Below, piece by piece: positions 22,118-33,400 of a DNA stretch of 64,000 nt. The position numbers and the translations under genes are program-made. A model generated the notes under the pieces. It did not search any database. It saw nothing but the letters and a program-made list of their open reading frames with translations, and was not told the origin of the DNA. Positions within the stretch are counted from its first letter, which is position 1. Each line of letters opens with the position of its first letter. Source of the stretch: Dudresnaya verticillata. Taxonomy: Eukaryota. The stretch spans positions 434,001 through 498,000 of the forward strand of contig OZ374563.1 of the NCBI GenBank assembly GCA_977862235.1, read 5' to 3'.

Positions 22118-23469
22118 ACCTATGCAGCGGTGCCAGAACGTGATGGTGTTTGCTTGAGGTAAAGCACATGCAAGAGATAGCTTGAGGGTACGCAAGTCGG
22201 AAAGAGCAGCGTTGCAACCTTGGGGTGCTACTAGCTCGTACTACCACACGCAACGGAATGGCGAAAGAAATTTGAGGCTTTGAGGGACCCGCGAAGTAAC
22301 CAGGGATATAAACAAGGTGAACCAAGTGTAATACTTCCTGTTCCTATGGGTACTGGAATCACGGAGCCTTTTGTTCTGCCCCTGATTTTCAACCGGCATT
22401 TTAAAAGGTGGGGGAGGGTAGCTGCAGTCCAGTTAACACGGTCGAATAAGGAGAGGACATGAAATTTTAAGCGTGAAGGAAATGGGACTGAAGCGATGAG
22501 CTGGGGACACCGCCCTGACGGCTAACGGGGGGGGTGGTAACGAACAAAATCAGGATGGGATGACAAGGTCTTTTAAAAATACGCAGTCTTCACGACCACT
22601 TATAGATGTTTAGAGCTGCACAAGCACAGAGAGGATGGGTCATCCTTCAGGTCAAGTGTAGGATGTTATCCAAGCGTTGGTTCTATGGTGAAGGTGGTCC
22701 GCGATGCGTCATATTGCATCTTTGAAAGTCCCGTGCGAAATGAGTTCGCCACCGAAGGTTTTCCAGCCCTGAGACTCCCTCCCCAAATTCAGTACCCATA
22801 TTACGGAGAAATGGCGGTACTAGTGTGCAATAAAGCATCAGGTACCGTGGTAAGCTGGGGAGGGTATAAGAAGAAGAACGTCGATTCATTGCAAATAGCG
22901 GCAAACAAAGCTGTGTTTGTCCTGCTGGTCCCAGAAGTGTAGTTATTGACATCAGACGAACGATAAGTGGCTGATGCCGGAAGTACAGTATTGCATATCA
23001 GCTCGTTGGACACCAACTCGAACAGCGACCAGAGCCGCACAGAAGTGAAGGCAAACGTAACAGACGGTCAACATGGCATGTTTCTTTCGCTACTATCAAA
23101 GCGCTGAAGGTCGCTGCTGTAGACCGCGTTAGAGTAAAGCAAGTCTAGGGTTGAGCATGACCAGAGATGGGACTCGGCTCGCAAGGCTTTACTTCCGTGA
23201 TGTTTACTTGGCGGATGCGCCTCTGTTCGCAGTTCGCACGAAGATTGCACTGTTGCTTTAGGGCTGACCGACTGGACATTTTGTGCGTGCTACAGCAGTG
23301 GCAACAATTGTCCGGAAGAGTTGCGGACAGCTTAGAGACTTGGTCTGGGACGTGAAAAGAGGGATATTGATATCAAGCAGATTGTTTGAAGTCCAGCTCA
23401 AGGGACCTGAAGATTTGAATTTGTTTTGTTGGTTTGGGATGAAAGCCGTCGGCAATCGACATAAAAAGG

Positions 23470-24070
23470 TCAGGCGCGACCGAAGATTGCTCCTCGAGAC
23501 ACGCATGGGCGGCGTCGTAGCCGGGGGGAGTGATGAAAATGCTCCGGCGTTTCGGGCAGCTGCGGGGATTGTTGTCTCTCCCACAGCGAGACTACGACGG
23601 ACTCTCCAGCCGGTTGGCAGGAGAGAGCTGGGAGACGAGTGACGGGCAAAGGCGGATCCTGGCCGGCGCTGTCATAGCCATCTCGCATGTGCCCGTGTTC
23701 GACGCGGAAGGGCATAGCCGGGCGCAGCGCGGGAGAAGCGTAGGCTTCCGGCGCGACGCCCTGCACGACGCACGAAACGCGGTGCTCACGTGTCAGCAGC
23801 GGTTCTCTGAGCCGAGCGTCAGCGCCGGACGCGCGCGCGCACGCGCGCGCGACGGAGTCGCGGAAAACAGACCTGCGAGGGCCGCGGCTGGACGGCGGCG
23901 AGCGCGCGGCGCTTGCGCGGCGGAGACGCGGTGCGAGCGCGCGCGCGCGGCGCAGCCTCGGACGGGCGCTTGCGCGCGCGGCGCTGCACAAACGTGGTGA
24001 CGTCAAGCGGCGGCGCGGCGCGGGCGCGGCGCTTCGGCGCGGACGGGGCCAGGTCGACGTAGCGCGGCAT
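23470..24070 (-). CDS. Small basic disordered hypothetical protein, ~162 aa (exons 24070-23873, 23760-23470)
   Basis: ATG in a GC-rich context. A phase-0 intron (CAG|GTCTGT...GCTGAC...GTGCAG|GGC, 23872-23761) joins two ORF-track frames. No recognisable domain. Confidence 0.55.
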
Positions 24071-24660
24071 CTTGGCCGGCTGGCGCGCCGGCGGGGCTTT
24101 GGGGGGACGTTGTGCTTCGCGGTGGTTGTCGGCGCGGGTAAGGGTGCTGTGGCTCGAGGCTCGACGGGCGCGGGCTTTGCGGTTCGGAGCGGCGGCGCGG
24201 AAGGTGGTGCGCGACCAGACGCGCGCGCTGCGCGCTTCCGCCGAGGCGACGCGACGCGGCGCCGCGTGGAGGTCCACGCCGCGCGCAAAGGCGTCGCGCT
24301 TGCGCTTCGCTGCCTGTTGATCGCGTTTATCGCTTTGGGCAGCGATTCTGAATAACAAACGAACGTGTCGGAAGAAGCGGGTGCGGGAATGCGCGCTGCG
24401 CATAGCAAAACGTCCAAATTCAACCAAATTTCCGCCATCCATCGAGATCTAACAGTCGCGCGAGCCATCCGCGACAGCCGCGCGCGACCCGACACGAAGG
24501 GACACCGCGCCGCCGTCGCGCGCCGCCGCCCCGTCGCGCCCTGTCTCGCCCCGCGCCGAAGAATGCATACCCTGCGCCGCGCCCACCCGCACCCTCGCCC
24601 GCCCTACCGCAACGTGTGCTAGCCGCGCCCCCCGCCGCCATCTCCTCCACCGCACCAACC

Positions 24661-27009
24661 ATGCCCCCGCCGCCGCCCGCCCCGCACGCTTCGCCGCCCG
24701 CGTCGCAGGACCCGTTCACGGCCATCGTCCCGGAGGCCAGGTACGTCGCGCAGCCCTCGCACCGCACCGTCGCGCCTCGCCGCCCTGGCCCACCCGCGCT
24801 CATCCCGGCTAACCCACTCCCCTCTCCATCCCGTCCGCCCGCCGGCAGACAGCTTTGCGCGCGCCACTTCGACCGCCACAATGTCCTGCGCTGCGACAAG
24901 ATTCGCGCCGCTCTCGCCGCGGTGCGCCGCCACAACGCAGAGGTCTCCGATCCCACGCTCTCCATCACCCCGTACCAGCGCCAGCGCAACGTCCCGCACG
25001 GCCAGTCCACGCACCACCCGCGCCACGTCGTCATGCCATGCGTCCCGCGCATCCCGCCGTACAACGTCTGGATCCCGGTGCGCAAGTCGTACGCCATGCA
25101 CGCCCTCGAGGGCGCCTATGTCCCGTACCTGGGCGACCGCGACGAGGAGGGCCGGAAGGCCGTCGGCGTCTTTAACCGGATGAGCGACTGCGTCGACGAC
25201 TTTTCCGCCTTTGACCTCCCCAGCGATGGCGAGCTCGATGGCGCCGGTTGTTTCTCTCATCCCCTCGAGGAAGAGCCCCACGCCCAGCCCTATGGCATTC
25301 TCAATGCTGCTATGCGCGCCGCACAAAGACATACTGTTATCGCCATCACTGCCAAGTATGGCCGTGACGTTTATGTCCTCGATGCACTCAGATCCGCCTT
25401 GAACTTTCCAAGCCTGCAGTACGTCCGGGCAGTACTTGATTTGGCGCGTAGCCGCGCAAATGAAGTCAAGTCCCGCCAACAAGCATTGCATCGTTCGGAG
25501 CGCTATTTAAAGGATATTCTCAAGGCCGTACATTATCCGCAGGCAAAGACGAGGCAGAAACGTCGCCCGGAAGGCGTCACAGGGATCACACTTAAACATT
25601 TTTGTTTCGTATGCCAGGTCTTTTGCTGCGACTTGCACAGAGCCGTCCGTTTGGTACCTCGCCAGCCCATCCCAGACCAGAGCCTGCAACGGCGAATCCA
25701 TGAAATCAAGACTAACAAACTAAAACCGTGCTCTTTGAGCTGCTTTCTCTTGCCAGCGCGTGAGCAAGTCGCTATAGACGACTACGAGCACCAGCCATGG
25801 ACGAAGCAAGAGCGGCATCTTTTACGAGAACTCCTATCGCTTTTTCAGAGGGACTCGTGCAGCTTAGCCTTGGGTATGAATACCAGGAAATGCCGCGAGG
25901 TCCGAAATCTATTGGAAGACGAACAACAAGCCGAATGGATCAAGACTTCGACTAATGTACCTGTTCAGTATCAAAGAATATACAAGCGAAACAGAATAAC
26001 TGCAGACCAGCTTGACGTCTTTCAGAAGAAGACCCCGTCCGTTATCAGCAGCTGGAAAGGAACGCCGCCTAACGAGAAGCTGCATCGTGACGCAGAAACT
26101 GCAGAGAACACGAGCAGCAAGCATGATACTAAGCGCCTCGGTCCCCAAGTAAGTGGAACTGCACGGAAGACCGCAGTAGCCCGATCGATTCCATCTGATG
26201 GTAGCGGAGAACACAGTGCAAGTGTCCACTTCATCCCTTGTGATCATGAAGGCCCTTGCAATCTTAACAACAACTGTACCTGCTACAAGCTCTCCAGAAT
26301 TTGTCAACCTGACTGCGGCTGCAATTCCATAAGATATTCTGAAGACGAAAACTCTAAGAAGATCATTAGAGCAGGTCAGGAGTGTATTTTGACGCAGGAC
26401 GGGTGTGACTGTGTTGAAGGCCGCTGCAACGATGACTCTTGCCAGTGCTTCAAGGTAAACGCAATGGCTTGCAATCCCGAGGAATGCAAATGTGACTGTC
26501 GGATTCCGCCTTGGCAAATCGACGTGCGGTCGCGAAGGTGCAAAAATTCAGATATCATCATTCGTAGACACAAGCGAACATATGTCGGACGGTCGAATGT
26601 AGAAGGGTATGGGCTGTTTGCCGGCGACTATTTTGAGCCCGGAGACGTCATAGGGGAGTATGTGGGAGGACAATGGCCGAATGACAAGGTGGATGGAGTC
26701 CTAGCGCTTGGAGACGTCATAGAACGGACATATGCATATGACGTTCTTAATGTGACTTTGGACGGCACTATGTTTGGTGCCAAAATCAAGTTTGTTAACT
26801 GTGGTCTTACCAAGGAGACGGTCAACTGCCAGCCGGAGTTGCTTTGCGTGAAGGGTCATTTTCACCTCTTTCTGATTGCCAACACCCGATTGAAACCGGG
26901 AACGGAATTTCTGTTTGACTATGGGCTTAACGGAAAGAAAGATCCGGAGTGGCTTCGCAAAGCAAAAGAAGCGGCGATGAAGAAGTCAAAAAAGTTAGTG
27001 GTGCCGTAG
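24661..27009 (+). CDS. Enhancer of zeste-like H3K27 methyltransferase, copy A (divergent SET)
   Basis: SAL/SRM-like IPPYNVWIPVRKSY...VPYLGD, MCSS FCFVCQVFCCDLH...KPCSLSCF, SANT2 WTKQE...SCSLA...RKCREV, CXC FIPCDHEGPC..., SET GYGLFAG...GEYVG...EFLFDYG. Confidence 0.9.
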   Translation: MPPPPPAPHASPPASQDPFTAIVPEARYVAQPSHRTVAPRRPGPPALIPANPLPSPSRPPAGRQLCARHFDRHNVLRCDKIRAALAAVRRHNAEVSDPTLSITPYQRQRNVPHGQSTHHPRHVVMPCVPRIPPYNVWIPVRKSYAMHALEGAYVPYLGDRDEEGRKAVGVFNRMSDCVDDFSAFDLPSDGELDGAGCFSHPLEEEPHAQPYGILNAAMRAAQRHTVIAITAKYGRDVYVLDALRSALNFPSLQYVRAVLDLARSRANEVKSRQQALHRSERYLKDILKAVHYPQAKTRQKRRPEGVTGITLKHFCFVCQVFCCDLHRAVRLVPRQPIPDQSLQRRIHEIKTNKLKPCSLSCFLLPAREQVAIDDYEHQPWTKQERHLLRELLSLFQRDSCSLALGMNTRKCREVRNLLEDEQQAEWIKTSTNVPVQYQRIYKRNRITADQLDVFQKKTPSVISSWKGTPPNEKLHRDAETAENTSSKHDTKRLGPQVSGTARKTAVARSIPSDGSGEHSASVHFIPCDHEGPCNLNNNCTCYKLSRICQPDCGCNSIRYSEDENSKKIIRAGQECILTQDGCDCVEGRCNDDSCQCFKVNAMACNPEECKCDCRIPPWQIDVRSRRCKNSDIIIRRHKRTYVGRSNVEGYGLFAGDYFEPGDVIGEYVGGQWPNDKVDGVLALGDVIERTYAYDVLNVTLDGTMFGAKIKFVNCGLTKETVNCQPELLCVKGHFHLFLIANTRLKPGTEFLFDYGLNGKKDPEWLRKAKEAAMKKSKKLVVP

Positions 27010-27197
27010 CCCTACTTCCCGTGTATAGAACAATCTAACTACCCGAAATTGAACTCGTGGAGTGTCATCTAATTCATTGAAGACTGTTTTGCACGTAGGC
27101 GTGAGAGTGGCTAACACAGAGCTGCTCTTCAGACCAGCTGTTACAGCAAGAATAGTCTCTCTCTTTCCAGGTACTTCAAAGGTATCAATTAGATAGT

Positions 27198-29626
27198 TCA
27201 GTTTACTCTTTTAGTGCCCTTCCGTTTATCTTCTAAGGCCCATGCAGGTATCTCCCCGGTAAACCTGTAGTCAAACAGGAACTCCTCTCCAACTTCCACT
27301 TTCCGCTTCGTAAACAGAGCAACATATGCATCTCCACGAACTCGCACAAGTCTGCTTGCACAGTTCTCATGATCGCCCGGTTTGGTATGATTACAGAATT
27401 TCGCCTTGCTCCCAAGCAAACCTCCATCGATGACAAGCGACTCCGTAACATTGAAAATGTATGTCCGATCCGTTGCATCATACAAGCGCCCGATCATGTC
27501 TGCAAGTCGAGTATCAATGAGCTGTCCACTATATACACCCACCAATTCCCCGTTCTCAAACGGTTCACCCGCAAACAAGCCAAACCCATGAACTTCAGAC
27601 TTGCCGATGAAGGTCTTTTTGTGTTTCGCAATGCTAGCAGGCAAGTTTCGGCATCGCCGCTTCTTCAAGGACAAGTGATCCGGGAGCACAGAGCAATCAC
27701 ATGCGCAAAAATCGGGATTGCAAGCCCTATTTTGTTCCCAGCATGTACAAGCCGCACTGTCGCAGTTGCCAGTCTCACAAGAGCACCCAAAATGCCTGTT
27801 CTGGCATTCTCGTCCCGTCTTTCGTCGGATAGACTCTTCTGATGGTTCCGTCCAAACAACACCACCAGATTTCCCCGTCTGACAGTATCGACCAAAATTG
27901 CAACCACAGATGGACTCACAATACATGCCTTTCTTGACGCAAGGGCAGTTTTCTGCTGTGCAAGGCCCATTGTGATGGCAAGGTACGAAGTCCTGGTCTG
28001 TCGTTACGTCTGACTCGGACTTGTCAACAACAGTTTTGGCAGATATCTTTGCCTTCGTATTGTTTGTTTGAGAAATCTCCGGCTTCCTTTTCGTGACTTC
28101 AAGTCGCTGCGCACTCCTGGCCTTCTGGATCTCGTAGCGTGCTATGTCGGCTTCAATTGGGTCGTCCAGCCTGATTGAAACCTCGCGGCAACTTCGAGTC
28201 CCAACGATGATGGCAAGACTACACGGGTCTAGACCAAATATTGGAATTCCTTCTCTAAGCAGCAATATTTCTTGGGCGGACCAATCCTGGTCACTAGGTC
28301 GCTCCTCTTGCTGAAGCAGAAAGCAGTCCTTGGAGCAAGGTTTTGCCGTGCCCGTTCTCAAGAAAGCCTCTCGCTTCAATACTCCCAGATCTTCGATTGG
28401 TAACACAGGCTCAACATCCATACCACCGTGCTGGTCACACGGGAAAGTATGGCAAGTAAAGCAAAATAATCGCAGTGGACTCGTGCAAGCACTCCACTCT
28501 TCATCGGCGGGCATTTCCTCAGGCTGTGGGAACTTCAACGCCTGCTTCACAGCACGAGTCATTTGCATCTCTTTCTTATACCGGGATCTGCTGGCCTTCC
28601 GCTCATGGTGCCTGTCCTGTGCCACCCTCGCGATGGCTTTAACTCTTCGAATATCCTTCATTCCAAGCGCAGTCGCCAAAACCTTCCACATGCTTTCATC
28701 AAAGCGAGAAAACTTCTCAAGCACGGCAAGAATCGCCTTGCGACTCCCTTCTCGCCATCGCGACTGCGACATCGAGTAGTACTCGCAACGCTCGACATCG
28801 TCCCTCGGAAGCACCAATTTGCCGTTCTTGCCAACCTCACCATCACTAAGGTCGAGCTCCTTACCAGCATCGTCAGCCATATCCTCGTACACCTCGAATG
28901 CCAGCTCGCAGTCGTCGTCCTGGTCGCCTAGAAACGGCATATACGGCTCGACGTGCAACTGCTTACCAGCCCAATAGTTGGTTCGCACAGGTATCCACGC
29001 ATCGTACTTGGGGATGGACGGCATGGGGGGCATGCTGACACGCAGGACGCGAGTGCTAACGCCTTTACGCGGCGGAGGCCCCGAACGACAAAGCGAGGCC
29101 CCGGTGGCGATATCGTCAAGGGCGGCCAGAGACGGATCAAATGGCTCGTCCTCCAGGTCTAGGATTTCATCGGTCGGTCCGTTAATGCGCGACCGCAGTG
29201 CTGGAGTAGGGGCCCAGTCTTGAATAGCCAAGCATTCGGCACGCTCCTCTAATTCCTTCGGAAGACATTTTCTCTGCTCCCGCATCTCCCTCAAAACGCG
29301 CTTCCCTGCGTATTGCTTGCAATCTGCGAGGTGCTCCAGCAGAATGTCACTGAAACGCAATTCGCATCAGTTCAAAGAGCAAACAAGTTAGAACCAACGC
29401 AGCCAAAAGCGGAAGATTCGACGACATACGCAATAGAAAAGGAGAGGGGGCTGATTTGCATGGCGCACCTGACAAGATCCGGGATCTCATTGACGAGTTC
29501 GCGGCGTGGTCTAGACGCAGGAGGTCGAGATGCCGGGGGTTGAGACACGGGAGGTGTAGATTCAGGCATGCGTCCGAAATCAGAAGGGAGCCCGTATTGC
29601 TCGGGAGCGATTCCCCTGCCCGACAT
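27198..29626 (-). CDS. Enhancer of zeste-like H3K27 methyltransferase, copy B (exons 29626-29469, 29349-27198)
   Basis: Same domain order as copy A (IPKYDAWIPVRTNY...MPFLGD, FCFTCHTFPCDQH, WSAQE, FVPCHHNGPC, SET with KFCNH and EFLFDYRF). Phase-2 intron GTGCGC...CTAAC...TTTCAG (29468-29350). Confidence 0.92.
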
Positions 29627-30406
29627 TGTTCACAGGTAGAATTGCAAGGCCTGCTGCACAGCGTGGGTGTATGGGGAGGACTTTAAGATGCGGATGTTCG
29701 AAGCCACCATTACGTGCAAAGCGGTGCGAGAGTGCCGAACATTACGAGGTGCAAGATGGAATCCGAGTCGCACTGTTCTTGCCGATGAAGGTAGCGGATG
29801 CTGAAAGGGTGCGCTCTGCCCCGTTGCCGGCCACTTCTGAACGCAATGGGGCTCAAGAACACCGAGCTGCCAAACACAAATTTCGCGGGTGCTTTTCGGG
29901 CCGACATGCGGCTTCTACTGAGGAACGGCGCACGAGTGTCAAACGCTTGACTTTTGGTATTGATCCGACCGGTCCAGCCTCAGGTCATTTTGGCGCAATT
30001 CTCATTGATCTTTCTCAGAACATTCGGGCACTCGCGAGAAAAACGTCGGGGACCCCCCCTCCCCCCTCCCCCCTCCCCCAGTGCCTCGAAGGTGAGAAGC
30101 GACCGCAGTCATCCCAGGGAGCTGACCCGTGATAAAGGCAAGCAAAGGGAAGCACACTGAAAAGAACGGCATCATAATAAATCATTTACACTATGTTGCT
30201 AAAGCCGAGCACACAAGGCGAACAGACACGACTCCGTTCGCACTGCTTTGAGAGAAGGCTTTTCAATAAAAGAGGGCATAAACAAACCGAAGACGTCAAA
30301 TAAAAGTAGGCTGTCTGACGCAACTAAATCCAATGCACTACTGGGAGCGGGGTACCACAGCGGGGTACAACACTCTGTTGTAGGCCTCGCTTAGAGGACA
30401 GAATGT

Positions 30407-33400
30407 TTAGTACTCAAAGGACGAGCTCCCCTGTCCGTTCTGTGCAAGCTTTTTTAGCTTGTTCCGTAATCGGATTGTCTCTTCCTGGGCATACGCCAAC
30501 TCGATGCGAGTGTTGATGAGGTCATTCAATACCTCCCCGTCACGACTGTCTCCATTCTCCTTCGTTGCATTCAACAAATCCACATTGCTCTTGCGAAGTT
30601 GTTCAACCTCGGCCTCCAGGGCCTCCGCCTTCGCACGAGCTGATCGCACTTCTTTGCGAAGTTCAACTGCCTTCTTTGCTTCCCTTTCAGCATGCGCTCT
30701 TTCAGATTCCAGACTCTCCTCATTTTCCTCCTGTACAAAGGTGAGTCTTTGGTGCATGGACCCAACTTCCGTCTCCAAAGACCTAATTCGGTCCGAAAAC
30801 GACCTATTCTCACTCTGTAGCTCGCCCGTCTCTTTCAACACGGACGACAGTTCGTCCCTAGTTCGTTGATGCTGTTCTGCTAACGTCTCGTACCGTAGCC
30901 TCGACTGTTGGCTTTCATGCTTCATTTCGGAAAGCTCTGCCCCCAAAGCTGAACACTCCTTACTCTTCTCGGTAGCAGATCTTCCTAGTCTTGTTGCCTT
31001 CTCCTGTACCTTTTGCAGTACGCTTTCTAGTGTCCCGTACGACTCTCTGATGACGCGTAGTTCATCCTCAGTCGATTCCAATCGCAGTTGCACTGTAGCC
31101 AATTGTGCCGCTGTCGCATCTTTCTCATCCTTGAGAGTACTGATCATGCCTGAGCTATTCTGTTTTTCGGCGTCCAGACTTCTCGATGCGTTCTGCAGCT
31201 CTCCTCGCGTTTCCCTGAGCTCTGCACGGAGTGTGACAAGTTCCTCCGAAATTGCGAGGCTCTTTCCACCAGCTTCGCTTGCTTCCTTCTGAAGAAACTC
31301 ACGGGATGACTCCACCGTCCTTAGTCTCTCCCGCACTTCGGACAATTCAGCCTGTTGCTCCGCAAGTCGAGATTCAGCCATTTCTAATCGTTTTTGCGTT
31401 TCGGAAAGTACCCGCTCCGCACTCTCCTTCTCTGCGGCGAGCCTTACCGCAGCTGCCGATTTGCTCTGCCCTTCTGCGTTGAGACGGTTAAGTTCATCCT
31501 CTAGAGACAACTTCTTCTCCTCAACCTCAGACAGCAGCTTCTCCGCATCTGTGCGGAGCATTCTTTCGGAAGCAAGCTTGCTAGTCAAAGCGGCATTTCG
31601 GGACTGGAGCTTCTGACCCAATGATTCAAGCCTAGAAGCCTCCCTGTCCTGCTCGGCTCGTTCTGATTGCAGACGTACACATTGCTCATTGCTCCTCTCC
31701 TCCGTTTGCACCAGGCGTGACGTTAAATCGCGAGATGACAGAACTTGCTCCTCGACTGCACTTTCCAGTCGCAATATCTCTTCTTCAAGCGTCTCTACTC
31801 GTGCCCTTGTCTTCTCCTTCAGCTCTGCAACTTCGCTCTCCAGAAGCCCAATCTTGGCCTTGCCTTCAGCAATCTCTCGCTGCGCCTCCTGTAAAAGCGT
31901 TTCAGTCGATGAACTAGACGATGCCGCTGCTTCAAGGGAATCCTTCAGCGACCTTAACTCCGTACGCAACGCACTTGCTTGCTGACGATCCTCGTCCCTC
32001 TCTTGTTCTGTCCTTCCGAGGCTATGTTTTAAGTCAACAATCTGCGTGTTTAGGGGTGCAATGCGGGCTGTCAGCTCGTCCACATCCTGTGCCGTTGCTT
32101 GCAAATCCGTTTTCGAAGTCTGCAAACTCTTCTTGGCCTGCTCAAGTTCCTGTTGGATATTATCTCTTTCATTCTGCAGACTTTCAGAGTCTCGGCGATG
32201 TTCTTCATTCCTAGTCTGCAAGGACTCTTCCAATTCGTGGTTGCGCGATTTAAGCACATCCATTTCCGACTGCAGCGATTCAATCCTTAGCCTGACGGGA
32301 GTGCATGCGTCGCCCTCCGTGCTGGTGCGATTCTGGCTACCTGCAAGAGCTGCGAGTTCCAGCTGAAGCTTTTGCAGGTCAGAAATTGCAGCATCCCTTT
32401 GACCACGAACACCAGCAATGTCGCCAGACTCCGGTAGTGCCCTATCCGTGCTAGCTTGTACCGTTGGTTGACTGTCATCCTCCAGCTGGTCCGCGAGCTC
32501 CTGATTTTCCTTCTTAAGTCGTTTGATTTCCTTGTTCATGCCCTTCCGCACTCGGAAGAGTTCACGGATGGCCTTATCCCGTTCCTCCAACAGACTGCTC
32601 GCCTCTGCCTCCGCAGACAGAGAGTTTTGGCTGGCACCTCCTCCAGTGCGAATGTTGGGATCAGGGACAAGCTCCTTTGCTCGTTTCAACTCGCTGATAG
32701 CGTCATTTCGTTCAGACCTCAGACGAGTGATCATTGCACGCAGCTGGTCGTGCTCGTCATCTGCCTGCCCAAGCAAATTCACAACATCTTCACGCTTATT
32801 CCTCTCAGCCTTGAGTGCTCCCGAGAGCCTGGCGTTCTCGCCCTCCAACTCTTCGATAGCTTCCGTCCGTGCATTCTCTTCTACAGCAACCTGTCTTGGA
32901 GAGCTGTTCGCCTCCTCATTGGCCTTTCTCAATGCTTCAATTTCTTCGCGCGCAGTCTTCAATTCTTCCTGCAGCGATTCCGAGCGCTGAGTTGCGTTAG
33001 CAGTCACCACCTCAACAGATTCCCGCTCCTTTGACTGGGCTTCTTCCAACTCTCTCAATTGGGCTTCCACATCTTCTTTTGCACCTCGCAGCTCATCAAG
33101 CTGCTTCTGATGACTTTCCTCGACGGTTCCGACCTCTGTTTCGCGCTCCTTGGCAAGAGTTGTAACACTCTGCTCAAGGGCCGACTTCTCGCTCTCAACA
33201 GTTTGAAGCTTGTCTTCAGCCGTCTTCACAGCAGCTTCCAAATCTTGGACAGCCTTCCCAGACTCTTGTGCAGCAACCTGAGCCTTTTCGTCATACTCTT
33301 GCTGCAAAGAGGCAAGCTCTTGCTCGTGCCTGGCCTGTTCTTCCTCCTCAATTTGTTTACGCACATTCGCAATCTCAAGGGCGTGCGCATCTCGCAAATT

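Noticed and set aside
22685..23150. 85-aa ORF with protein-like continuation through stops (possible pseudogene)
   Set aside because: No recognisable family; it would need tBLASTx evidence.
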